A stretch of 64,000 nt of DNA, from assembly GCA_000934665.2 (NCBI GenBank), contig KZ537964.1, forward strand, positions 62,001-126,000, in the 5' to 3' direction. Numbering within the stretch: the first letter of the stretch is position 1; every line of letters starts with the position of its first letter. Origin of the DNA: Catajapyx aquilonaris (Eukaryota). Under the pieces are notes generated by a model. That model had not been told where the DNA came from. It saw only the letters and a program-made list of their open reading frames with translations, and searched no databases. This document shows positions 39,844-50,461 of the stretch, one piece after another. Both the position numbers and the translations under genes were made by a program.

Positions 39844-40087
39844 NNNNNNNNNNNNNNNNNNNNNNNNNNNNNNNNNNNNNNNNNNNNNNNNNNNNNNNNN
39901 NNNNNNNNNNNNNNNNNNNNNNNNNNNNNNNNNNNNNNNNNNNNNNNNNNNNNNNNNNNNNNNNNNNNNNNNNNNNNNNNNNNNNNNNNNNNNNNNNNNN
40001 NNNNNNNNNNNNNNNNNNNNNNNNNNNNNNNNNNNNNNNNNNNNNNNNNNNNNNNNNNNNNNNNNNNNNNNNNNNNNNNNNNNNNNN
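39844..40087. other. Assembly gap (244 N)
   Basis: Run of N flanked on both sides by poly-G. Confidence 0.99.
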
Positions 40088-43000
40088 GGGGGGGGGGAAA
40101 TGCATAACGAAGGCGCCTTGAGGGGACGTCCCTTTATGCCTCGACCCTATCTGCATGCACTTTGTTTTCTTAACCGTCTTGCAATTTGATTCCGCCGCGA
40201 CAAATTCCGCTTCGCTTCATTATAAACACGGCTTCAAAAAAAGATTCGGGGCAAATGTAGTGTACATTAGTATATGCAGAGGCTAAATTTACAGATGATT
40301 TCGCAATAACTCGGAAAAGGCACGAAACTACTCCCCAGGCTGTAAAATCTAACAGAGGTGCTATACAGAGGAATTTGCGGTGGATTGAGGTAATATGCCA
40401 GCAGATATACGGCACCGTATAGTTGCTGAACAGGTTTGAACTTTGTACACCACTTCAAGTTATGCATATTGTGTCAATAACTTGTGAATTGTCTGAGGAA
40501 AATGTAAAATTCATTATGCAAGAGAGTGGTAACATTCCCCATTTAATTTGTAATTATTTTTGTCGTCCTTGAGGTTACTTACTACATACAGAATATAACT
40601 GGATGATTTTTTTTTAAATATGTGCGAGTCGCGATGTATTTAGTGAGATTGTTTTCAATAACATAAGTTCAAAAATTGAAACTCAGTTTTGGCGACAATT
40701 ACCAGTCGAGCAATTAGGATTTGAAAATTACCCCTTTCCAAACAGGGCGTTAGATAATTTTAAAGTATTCATTTCATTATTTGTGGGAATTATAGAGAAG
40801 ATAAAATTCACCGAAATTGATATGAATTGAGTTAATTATGTGAATTACAGGTTTCCCATTACATTGTCACATTTTAATGGTTCAGTCAGGGTTGCACCAT
40901 CATCGTGTAATTTCATGAAATATTAATTTCGTGAATAATACGAAACTCAAGAAATACTAAAATCTTATAGTACCGGTATTAAACTGTTCTAGTGGTCCTA
41001 ATAACACTTACTGCATGTCCACATGAAGCTGAAAATGGTGAAAAATCGCGATTTTCAAATCCAGATTTATCGGTGTGGGATTTAATTAGGCTAGGCAAAA
41101 ATTGAATTTCAATTTTTCAAACGTCAGTAAAAGAATTATTGCGATTGGAACCGACAACGATGCTACATTACTCACATTTTGTGCAGATGACAATAGCATA
41201 TTCCAGATTGTTTACGGACACTATGTACAGTAGTGTACCTCTGTAAACAAGTTTATATTATTTGCAGGTTGCATTACAGTTCACTGCATTTTATTTAAAA
41301 AAATCCAGTGACAATAATATTCAGATTTTCCCTGGACACCCTTTCCCTAAATGCTAGAAGTCCACTATCTATTAGTACAAACCCTCTTTGGTCTATATGT
41401 GCAACGAGGACCTTTTCCACATTTTCTCTCTTCCTCTCTACCCGCCTCTTTCCTCCGGCCCCTATTTTTCTTATCAGATGGTGTATCCCCTGGAAATTTC
41501 CCATACATTAGGTGGCTTGTAATAAACCCGCGACATCAAACGCAAAAAATGGCATAGTACGTGTAATTTGGGTAGTAATTGCCTCTCCTCAGAGCCGGTA
41601 TTACCGAATTTAATGCAGCCATATTCTAGGTTAATGAGACTATATCAGTCACGAACACTTTGAAGGTAATTTATGGAAAGAGCAAGTAATCGCATGAGCC
41701 CGCGATGGCCTTTCTCCGCGGGGCCAGAATGACTGTTGAAAATGAATGTTATATCTATTGCCCGGTATTCAAATAAAACGCTAAGTTGTGGCCTTTAGCT
41801 TCCCCCCCTCCCTCCTCCCCCCATCCCTATGATCCTAAAATACGGCCACGATTTCACTTCTCCGCGCGAATAATCCGGCAGCCGTGGCCATTACGCCCCC
41901 TAGTTCGCCTCGCCCTAATGACTGCTGCTGGGCCTCGACGTTCTAGCATGGGGGAATAGCGCTCAAAAGTAAACTTTGAACACGGTAGGAGAGGGGGCTA
42001 TAGTATAGCAACATGGTTATATTCTGAGGGAGAAGGGGGGTTTTGCATCCGCCCATCTCACTTGTTATCATCCTTTGGCACTCGCCCAGGGAAAAGCTAA
42101 CTTACGGTCTAATGGGCCCAAGATGTCTGCCCGGTTCTAACCAATGAAGGTTTGCCAGATCCGCCACAGAGCGGTGTCACAAGTGTCCCCACCCGATCAA
42201 TCAAAAAGGGCCGCAGAGATGAGGTCGCCAGATTTGCAAATGCAGTTCGTGTCGCAATAAAGCAAACGGCATGAACTTAACAGTAGATAGGAGGAGGGGG
42301 GATTTATTTACGAGAATGGGATGACGTCTTATCGGAGAAAGAACCGATAAATTGGGTGGTCTGGCAGGAAGGACGTGGCATGTAGTGGTGTCTGGTCGTA
42401 TAGTTACGATGGGTTAACGACGGGAAGCGCAGTCGCATGCACGTCAGAGTGGTTATGGTCCCTTCTTGGCTTCGGGTCTTCACCCTCGGTGATTCTGACG
42501 TCTCACTTTCAAAGCTGCGGCTTTCATTTATACAAGCTCGTGAAGGGTTGCTCCAACATCTTAACCGGCCGTTTACAGATAACAGCTGTGTCTGTGTATG
42601 TTATGTATCCGATAGGTCTAACCCACTTCCAGAGTACTTAGAGGATGAAACTTGCTACAATGGTAGCTGAGATGCCACAATATGCTACTAAATCCTCAAT
42701 GTCATGAAACAAGTTACGGACGAATTTTCACCCTATCGTGGCAGTACAGCAGTGCGTGTCTGGCCACTCTGCATTGAGCCACTTGAGCGCCACCAAGCAG
42801 GCAAAAATGTAAGCTACTCTCTAGCTAACAGACAGTTAGAGGGCATTTTGTAAAGTCCGCCATTTTGACACCCATTTATAGTCATATCCAGTACGGTGCG
42901 CTCTATTATTTCAGTACAAAAGTTATGTGGTTGATACAGTGTGCAATACCTATCGGGCAATTAACTGACAACCGGTGGATTGACAGCCGTATCGAATGAA

Positions 43001-44617
43001 TCATTTATGTCGTACTTTGATCTGGCTGGTGAAACTGTCAGTCATACCGTTTTTTATTACAACTATTTAATAGCCGGCCGTTTGCTGAATAACAATATAT
43101 CATTTTGTAATAATATATTGCGACGTCCCTGGCCGTAATTAATACCTCAGTTGTGGCCTGGCAGCCAGTAGCCTAGTAAACAACTGATGACTGGATCCGG
43201 AAGTTTTTCACTAGCATAGTGATATACTGCAATTGAAGTGTTCGTTTGTTCAAAAATGAAAAGAAATCTGTATATTCAAATACTTATAATTTAAATTTGC
43301 TAAATCAATTTGTATCAATCTGATGTGAAATTTTCCAATTTCAAATTCACACTTTTGTGCACCTTTGCTACTAAATATATTAGTGTCCTTAGCAACATTG
43401 TTCTTCATATTCTTAACTCTGCTTATTAGGAATAGTGATCAAAACTGCTTAGTTATAAGCAGCTTATTAGTACCACAAAATCGTATAAACCTCAAACTAA
43501 TACGGAAACGTCCCTCATCATAATTAATACCTCGATAAAACCAAACAGCTGGAAGAAATTGACAACTGAATCGGAAATTTGTTGACTGCATAATTTCTCA
43601 ACCGATTTATTTTAATGACGTCACAAAAACCTTTGCCGAATCTTCCCCCGACAATGAAGCCGACACTATTAACATACTGGCACATCCAGCAATTAATGTC
43701 TGTGTCAAATAAAAATTCAACCGTGACTGTCCATTGCGGTGAACAACAAGGTCAATAAAGGGGCAATTGGCCGAACTGTCAACTGCCAATCAGCGGATCA
43801 GGCAATGAGCACGTCAAACGGCTTGACATGGCGGCTCGTTGTCTGCTCCACTTATTGCCTCTAATAACATGAATCTATAATCGAACGATTAATTCCCCTC
43901 TCTCTACTAAAGTCTTTGTTAACAAGCTGAGCCTTCTAATTAGACACTGTGTCACTTATAGTCGCATCCAATTAGAAGCCAGGGAAGCCAAGTGCGAATA
44001 ATTAAGACGCACTTGTCTCGACACCTAACAAGTTGCCCACGATTTGAAGGTATCACGCACTTTTTTAGCGTGCGTGTGAACCACCACATGACCAATCCAG
44101 GTTTATTACGAGACTTGATTACACCGCAATTTACTCTCGAAGCAAACCCTTGGCAGCATCATTAGGCTATTTTCCATGGCTCCTCCCAGCATCTGATAAG
44201 GTTGGACTCGGATGACCTCTCAGGGCCCTTAATGTATGACCGGGGATGGAGTCAAAGCCAGGGGCACCTAGACGCTAATTTGCGGAACCTGGAGGTGCAG
44301 CACACCTACTGTTATTTACGAAGATAAGAATCACATTGTTTCATTGTTTCAGGGCAGAAGTAATTTGTCTAGTGGGGATACCTGTTTCCAGGCGTTGGCT
44401 GTCCCTGTCTTGTGAATAATGCCCTGGAAATTAGTGCATATAATAATAGTTTGGGGGGCTACTGTAACATGCTGGTGATATCATAGATTAACCCAGTTGA
44501 ATTACATCCCACTCACAACCTACACGTGAAAGGAACAGTCCAAGGTGTGCACCAACCCTGATAATTTGTGAGTGTACGTTTCAGGCAATATCTGTTATGG
44601 CTGTTATGCCTTCACCC

Positions 44618-44821
44618 CGTCGCCACTTGTCGTGTATGAAAGACTAGCTGCGATACCCGCTGTTCGCCGCGCTCAGAATCCGCTGTTCGCCGAGCTCAGA
44701 ATCCGCTGTTCGCCACGCTCAGAATCCGTTGTTCGCCACCCTCAGAATCCCGTTCTTCGCACCGCCCGTTTCCGTTTTTGCTGCCGTCGCCACCACGTCG
44801 CCACTTGTCGCGTATGAAAGA
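44618..44821. repeat. 21-bp tandem array (CCGCTGTTCGCCGCGCTCAGAAT-like) between 26-bp direct repeats
   Basis: CGTCGCCACTTGTCG(T/C)GTATGAAAGA at 44618-44643 and 44796-44821, with 4-5 internal units. Confidence 0.85.
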
Positions 44822-46107
44822 TGTCGCTGCTACTTTTGAATCACTCTAGCAGTTTAACAGCTAATGTCATTCCTTGTCCCTCCGGAAAAGAAAACAAGTT
44901 GGTTGCACCACCGAGGCCTTTTCCTGGAATCAAAGTGCAGGTTGTAGATCCAATCTAAGCGGCGCTCTTTCATCGAGCGACGAGAGAGTAGGGAGGGCTA
45001 ACTCTTTCTCTTTCCCCTTCCCCCTCTTCCAAATGGTCTCGACGTTAAAAGGCCATCTTTGGTCTGCCCCCCAAACCTAATCTTGGCACGGCTCCTATTT
45101 CAACCCCCCCTCCTCCTCCTCTGAAACCCTCTTTATCCCGCAGCTTCTTCCCATCCGCGGATCTCTCCCGGAGCTACCATTATGAATATAAATCTGCCTT
45201 GCACCGAGGGGCCCTAGGCCCAACTGCATTGGCAGCCACCAGCTTCTGACGGTAATTAACGTGATTTATGGCATACATGTTTAAAGTTATAGAGCCTCAG
45301 ACATTATATCAATACTCGCTTCCATCATAATCTAATTACGCAGCTATTTGATATATGGCACTCATTACACTAAGAACTGCAGACGGAGGGAGCCGCCATT
45401 ATTTTTCATCTTGGTATTAAAATGCGACGCGTGAGTTTTCCGGATATAAAAAAAAAGTTAGATGAAAAGCAGCATCCTTTTAATTTTTTTAATCCGCTTC
45501 TTGCAAGATCGCCGCCATTTTTTTTCGACAATCGCGGCCATTTTTTTCTACCAGCCTCCATCATTCTCTTTTTAGTCATTATGATAGCCATCAGTCTTGG
45601 GATATAAATGCTCCCTCTGTATTTCCTAACAGGCTGAGTTACTGCCGTAATGTCGAGCGATGAAAGGCGCTATAAAGAATCTGATTCACTTGTCTGTCTG
45701 GGAGATGGCGTGTCAGCGGAATCCATGCCATTTGTCACTCAGAGACCCGCAGCGCTGCCGAAAATGCATTTTTAGTTCTGCTCATTGCTCACGTCAAGGG
45801 CTCTTCCCCTCTCTGGTTCTGGATCCTGCAGGGCTTTAATTTCAAACATTGTGTCACTAGCTTAGAGTCAGAGCTAATCGTATTTAGGGACGTGATGTTT
45901 TCATGATCGGTGAATTATATTCGGTGACGGGGGTTTGTCAGGCGGACGGATGTCATCAAAATTTTTTTGGGAGTTGATGGGCAGGTGAAGTAATAAGTCA
46001 TGAAGAACAGTGAAATAACGTCCAATTGAAATAGCAGGCAGTTTCGGTTGGTATAGGACCTATGCTGCTTATTAGGCTACTGGGGAAATACTAAATATCT
46101 TGACAAA

Positions 46108-46300
46108 TATTGCAAATATTTTTCTACTTCTACAAGTCGGCCTACATACATATATATTGCAAATATTTTCTACGTCTACAGAAGTACAGTAGGCCTACAT
46201 ATTGCAAACACTTTCTACTTCTACAAGTACAGTGCACATTGCAAATATTACTTCTACAAGTACAGTACATATTGCAAAGATTTTCTACTTCTACATATTA
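46108..46300. repeat. Degenerate minisatellite ATATTGCAAATATTTTCTACTTCTACAAGTACAGT
   Basis: Five diverged units visible. Confidence 0.8.
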
Positions 46301-47058
46301 CTAATGATGTATTTTGCTGCGTTTATATAGTATGCAAATACAAGATTAGTGGCCTACTTATGGTTTGAAAATTGGGGTGTGTAAATCAATTTTTTTGTCT
46401 TTTATGCACCCATTTGTACTACAGGCTTCTGTTGCATTTTATGAAGCATTTTTTGGCTTAATGCATATGCAATAGGCCTAAGCTTTATTAGGTGCAGAAT
46501 ATTTTACTTTCAGTTAGTAGCCTATACTCGGCAAATATCAGATAAGTGACGAGCTTTTTATTAATATTTTATTTGGAATGATCACGTGCTGTTCAGCAGC
46601 CAATTCGTACTTGAAGCCCTTAACAACCTAATTATCGGCATCAAAATTGTCGTTTCATACTTTCATGTAGTTCACTGGACACTTCATATTCTCGTAATTA
46701 TCTTGCTGTATAATAATGGCTGACATCGTGCTAGGAATGTCGCTTTACGCAAAAGCTTCAAGTTTGATATGGCAAATTAGCAAGCACTCTTCAAGTGTAT
46801 CTGCTAACAATCTGAAGTGCATATGTGTAAAACTATTATAAGGCCTATTTCACACGGACTACTTCGTGGCAGTAGTGCAGAGCAGACCAGCAACTGGCAA
46901 CAGTGAGGGTTTGGGAAATGGCCTGGCAACCCTGCGAGGGAGAATCCAAGATGGCAGCGCTCATGGCCTGACTCATTTGCAGTTTGGAGAGAAGAAAAAG
47001 GCGACTGTTGCTGGCCTGGTGTCTGCTGCTTTGTCCCACTGAGGCCTGAGAGAGGAGG

Positions 47059-48812
47059 ATGGTGGACCAGGGAAGCCTCGCGTCGCTGCATCCCAGGATC
47101 AGGCCTTTTCTGCAGGAGCTGCAGAAGGAGAAATTCGGTACACATAACATGCAAATGTGGGGAAAGGGTCATACGTGGATGAGAAAATGTGGAAAAGTAA
47201 ATTCTGCATTTGTGGTGCAGACAATTGCCCTGGCTTTAATTGGATGTGAAGCTTGCAATGCACCCGTGCAGTGCTGGTATCTAACGCAGTCGTACAGCGC
47301 GGTTTATGCTTGTTAGTTGAATGCCTTAAGCAACGGTGGTGAACATAATGAGAGAATTAAGCAAAAAATTGCACGTAAGTAACAATGGATTAGGATCCGT
47401 TATCATCGCATTTTATTTTCTTCGCAGGAATATGTGGAGGGAAAATGGAAGTGCAGGATGTGAAATCAGGTGCGCCTTCAAGTGTACCTTCGTCGCCTTC
47501 CTCTACAAGCACTCAACAACTGACGGGCGATCGCTTCAAGTTGTTGGTGCCAGTAGCTGGGTTGAAGCTGACCATAATGGTGGCCTTTGATCACCTCTAC
47601 CCAGAGGACTCGCCAGACTTTGCTTTCGAAGACCAGGATTTTTCGACCTTTATGGCCCAAGCAGACTGGGATGCCTGCCCATCTCTTAAGGAATGGGATG
47701 CTGGAGACCCTACATCGCTTTGTAAGGCCATCCGGGAGATCATGGCACTCTACAAGAGCTTTCAGGTGCGGCTAGTGGCTCGTATTTTACAACACAAACT
47801 TACTTGCAGAGACTGTCACAGACATTTGTAGGCTTGTCATTTTCTTGTGGTTCATTCCAGTGGACCAAGGGAGAGGTAGACATTTATGGAGAAAACTAAG
47901 ATTATAACTAGATGCTGCATGTAATTTAGCAAGTCGCTGCAGTTGAAACTAACTGCAATTAAGCAGGGTTCCTGCCATGCGACCAGGTTCTGAACATTGT
48001 CATTCTCCTATTTGTTGTAAATTGCTCTCTTGTAATTGCAGGTGACCCAATTTGAGGACATGGGCCGTCTGAACCTGGAGTACTCCCTGGCCAGTGGGTA
48101 CCCGGGAATTGAGGAGCGCAACTTGGAGGTGGCCAAGAACCATCGTGGCACGTCCCCCATCAACTTCCTGATGCGCCTGCCCATTGACATGGACTCTCTC
48201 CCTCCAAACCATAATTACCTCTCTTTATTTGGATACCCCAATGAGGACGACAATTCAGACTGGGCCGCACTCTTGGTCTCTTTCCATGCACCAGAAGGCA
48301 ATCGCATCACCCCAACCTTGATATTGTCTCCTGCGTTACAGTCACTGTTAAGCACTGGAGCACGGAAAGGTCTGACAGCGCCTCCCTTTACGGTGGACGG
48401 TTGCCTGCTTGACTACATCCCATCTGTGATGACCTTACTGGAAGATCGAATCAAAGCATCAGAAGGTTCACTCAGGAAGAGGAAAGCGCTGGTTGACGCT
48501 ATGCAAAATGTGCTACATGGTTCAGTTGTTGAATTTGACTCTGAACTGTACAGCCAAGCTTCTTTCTTGCTGGAACATCGTGACTTTCACTTCCTGTTTC
48601 ACATATTCCTTCCACGCAGCTTTCCTTTCGGAACTCCTGACATGGTCCTTCAGAGCATATACAGTGTTGTGAATGGTAAGCCGTACTCCACCGTGTATGA
48701 CACCTATCCGTACAGCCCGAGGTGGACCCACTTGGAAATGGCACGACGAATGAAGGCTTTCCTTATCGATAACGTGGAAGCCTTTCAGAAGGAATCTATG
48801 CATGAGAACTGA
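47059..48812 (+). CDS. BABAM2: BRISC and BRCA1-A complex member 2 (BRE/BRCC45), 395 aa, 3 exons
   Basis: Exons 47059-47137, 47428-47765 and 48042-48812, with GT-AG introns and consistent phases (1188 nt). Motifs DRFKLLVP.AG, YPEDSPDFAF, FLMRLPID, ALLVSF, GCLLDYIP, DFHFLFHIFLP..FP, QSIYS and YPYSPRW...EMARR match BRE family sequence as I recall it. Confidence 0.96.
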
Positions 48813-49015
48813 TCATTCCTGCCTTACATATGTCCACTACTGACCTACTAAACAAAACGCAGTGACTGCTACTCTGCCGTCAGAAGCAAGAAGACAGTAA
48901 CTCAAGAACTTGTAAGGGTGAAAGTCCCAAGCATGCCCTGCACTGTCAGGAGGGATTAGTGCAGGGCATGCATGCGACTTTCACCCTGACTAGTTTTTGA
49001 GTTACAGTCTTCTTA

Positions 49016-49696
49016 CCGTATTACCTCTCATATTGCTGCATGCCGGTGTAGGTGAGGTCAACCAGTTTTTGAAAATGCTTGATCTGGTGGCTATACCGGC
49101 ATGCCGGTATAAGGCGAGATTTTCACATAAGTTACATTATCCTTTCCGAACTTTACATTTGCCTGAAAAGCAAAAGTCACGTAAAGGCTATCAAAAAGGC
49201 ACATTTTCTGGCAATAATCTCTATTTAAACAGTATGTTGGAGCAGGGGGTTCCCCTGTCAAAGCAGGCTGACGATGGGATTTGTCACACACTCTACATTT
49301 TTTATATGCACTGTGCAACAGAAGTTGCATATTCGCACAGCTTGTACAGTGTTGGTCATGAATCGAGGCATATTGCTAGCGACATTCTCCGAAGCGGCAG
49401 AAGAAGGAATCGAAGATAAGCATACTACAAGCTGGGTGAGCAAGATTCCTTCTTCTCCCGCTTCGGAAAATGTCGCTGGCAGTATGCCTCGATATATGAC
49501 CAACACTGTACACTTGCCATTTTCATTGTATCATTATTTTAGTATGGTACCAGAAGTATTCCAAAAAATTTGGCAAGGAGCAAAATTACGGAAATCGACC
49601 TTGGTTATTGCAGCAATCCGGCCACCCCCGGGTTATACCGGCATGCTGGTCGACCTCGTTTTATACTGGCGTGCCGCAATATGAGAGGTAATACGA
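49016..49696. mobile_element. Non-autonomous pogo/Tc1-type element (CCGTATT ends) nested in the previous MITE
   Basis: TA|CCGTATTACCTCTCATATTGC ... GCAATATGAGAGGTAATACGA|TA, with ~50-bp imperfect TIRs and the TA duplicated. Confidence 0.85.
49347..49508. mobile_element. Palindromic MITE, family C, nested inside the pogo-type element
   Basis: TA|CAGTGTTGGTCATG...TGCTAGCGACATT ... AATGTCGCTGGCA...ATGACCAACACTG|TA. Same ends as 28986-29245. Confidence 0.88.
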
Positions 49697-49713
49697 TACG
49701 TCTGACGGCAGTA

Positions 49714-49793
49714 CTTCCCTCCTAAGCAAAAATGGTTGTAAAATACCTGGTGGTGACGATATGTGCACTGCATTTTTGCTTAGGAGGGCAGAG
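49714..49793. mobile_element. Small MITE abutting the nested stack
   Basis: Inverted pair CCCTCCTAAGCAAAAATG ... CATTTTTGCTTAGGAGGG. Shares the TA at 49712-49713. Confidence 0.7.
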
Positions 49794-49799
49794 AATAGA

Positions 49800-49958
49800 G
49801 CGGCCTTTACATGCGAGTGATTGGACGAGCGAAGTCATCGCCAAGCAGTAACATCGCCGAGTAACCCATTGTTTGAGGCGAAAATTGATTGTTACTTTCA
49901 CCTCAAACTTCGCTCGGCAGAGACTTCGCTTGTCAAATCGCTCACATGTAAATGCACC
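49800..49958. mobile_element. Palindromic MITE, possibly PIF/Harbinger-type
   Basis: TTTACATGCGAGTGATTGGACGAGCGAAGTC ... GACTTCGCTTGTCAAATCGCTCACATGTAAATGCACC followed by TTA. Superfamily call is inference. Confidence 0.7.
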
Positions 49959-50098
49959 TTAAGTGTGGGCTTTGAAGTGTAAGGGCGACACCACAGGTCA
50001 AACTATTGTGATTCATGCATTTTTCATATTCTTTGTTATCCCTGTTAAAGTTTGCATTGAGCCGGGGTTACAATTATTATTGTGCATTTGTTACTTGG

Positions 50099-50104
50099 AA
50101 TAAA
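50099..50104 (+). promoter_or_regulatory. Candidate polyadenylation signal for BABAM2
   Basis: First AATAAA I can find downstream of the BABAM2 stop, followed by T/GT-rich sequence. Confidence 0.45.
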
Positions 50105-50461
50105 AATTTGCTTGTAATATCATTCATATGTTTTAAATTTAAGGAGCAATTGTGGTGGCAGTTCATTTGCATTGTAGAATTATTTATGGGAATATATTTG
50201 AATTGAATTTATTTCAAAAGAGGCGGGTCCTGGGCCCCATTCCCACGCCTGTTCATCGATTTGTCTTAAGGAACAGTCCAAAAACAAGGAACGGTCGGCC
50301 ATGATGGGTCAGCGAAGTTGAGACGAGGGAACGGACCAATCCAAAATGGCGTCTCGCTAGAGCCGAATCCTCACTGTCTCCCCACCGCTTGTTTAGAGGT
50401 TTTCCCCATTCGATTTCGTAGCCAGGGAGTTGACCCGTGCCCCGCCGGACAGGGAAGGACC

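Larger units (their letters stand above)
48872..49711. mobile_element. Hairpin MITE (outer host) interrupted in its right arm by a nested insertion
   Basis: TA|CTCTGCCGTCAGAAGCAAGAAGACAGTAACTC...GCATGCCCTGCACT / AGTGCAGGGCATGC...GAGTTACAGTCTTCT-TA[insert]TA-CGTCTGACGGCAG|TA. Confidence 0.85.

Noticed and set aside
39659..40189. Long ORFs spanning poly-X
   Set aside because: Artefact of the N gap.
44657..44760. Short regularly spaced repeats resembling a CRISPR array (also 21914-22260 and 24281-24790)
   Set aside because: Units are contiguous with no unique spacers, there are no cas genes, and the context is eukaryotic.
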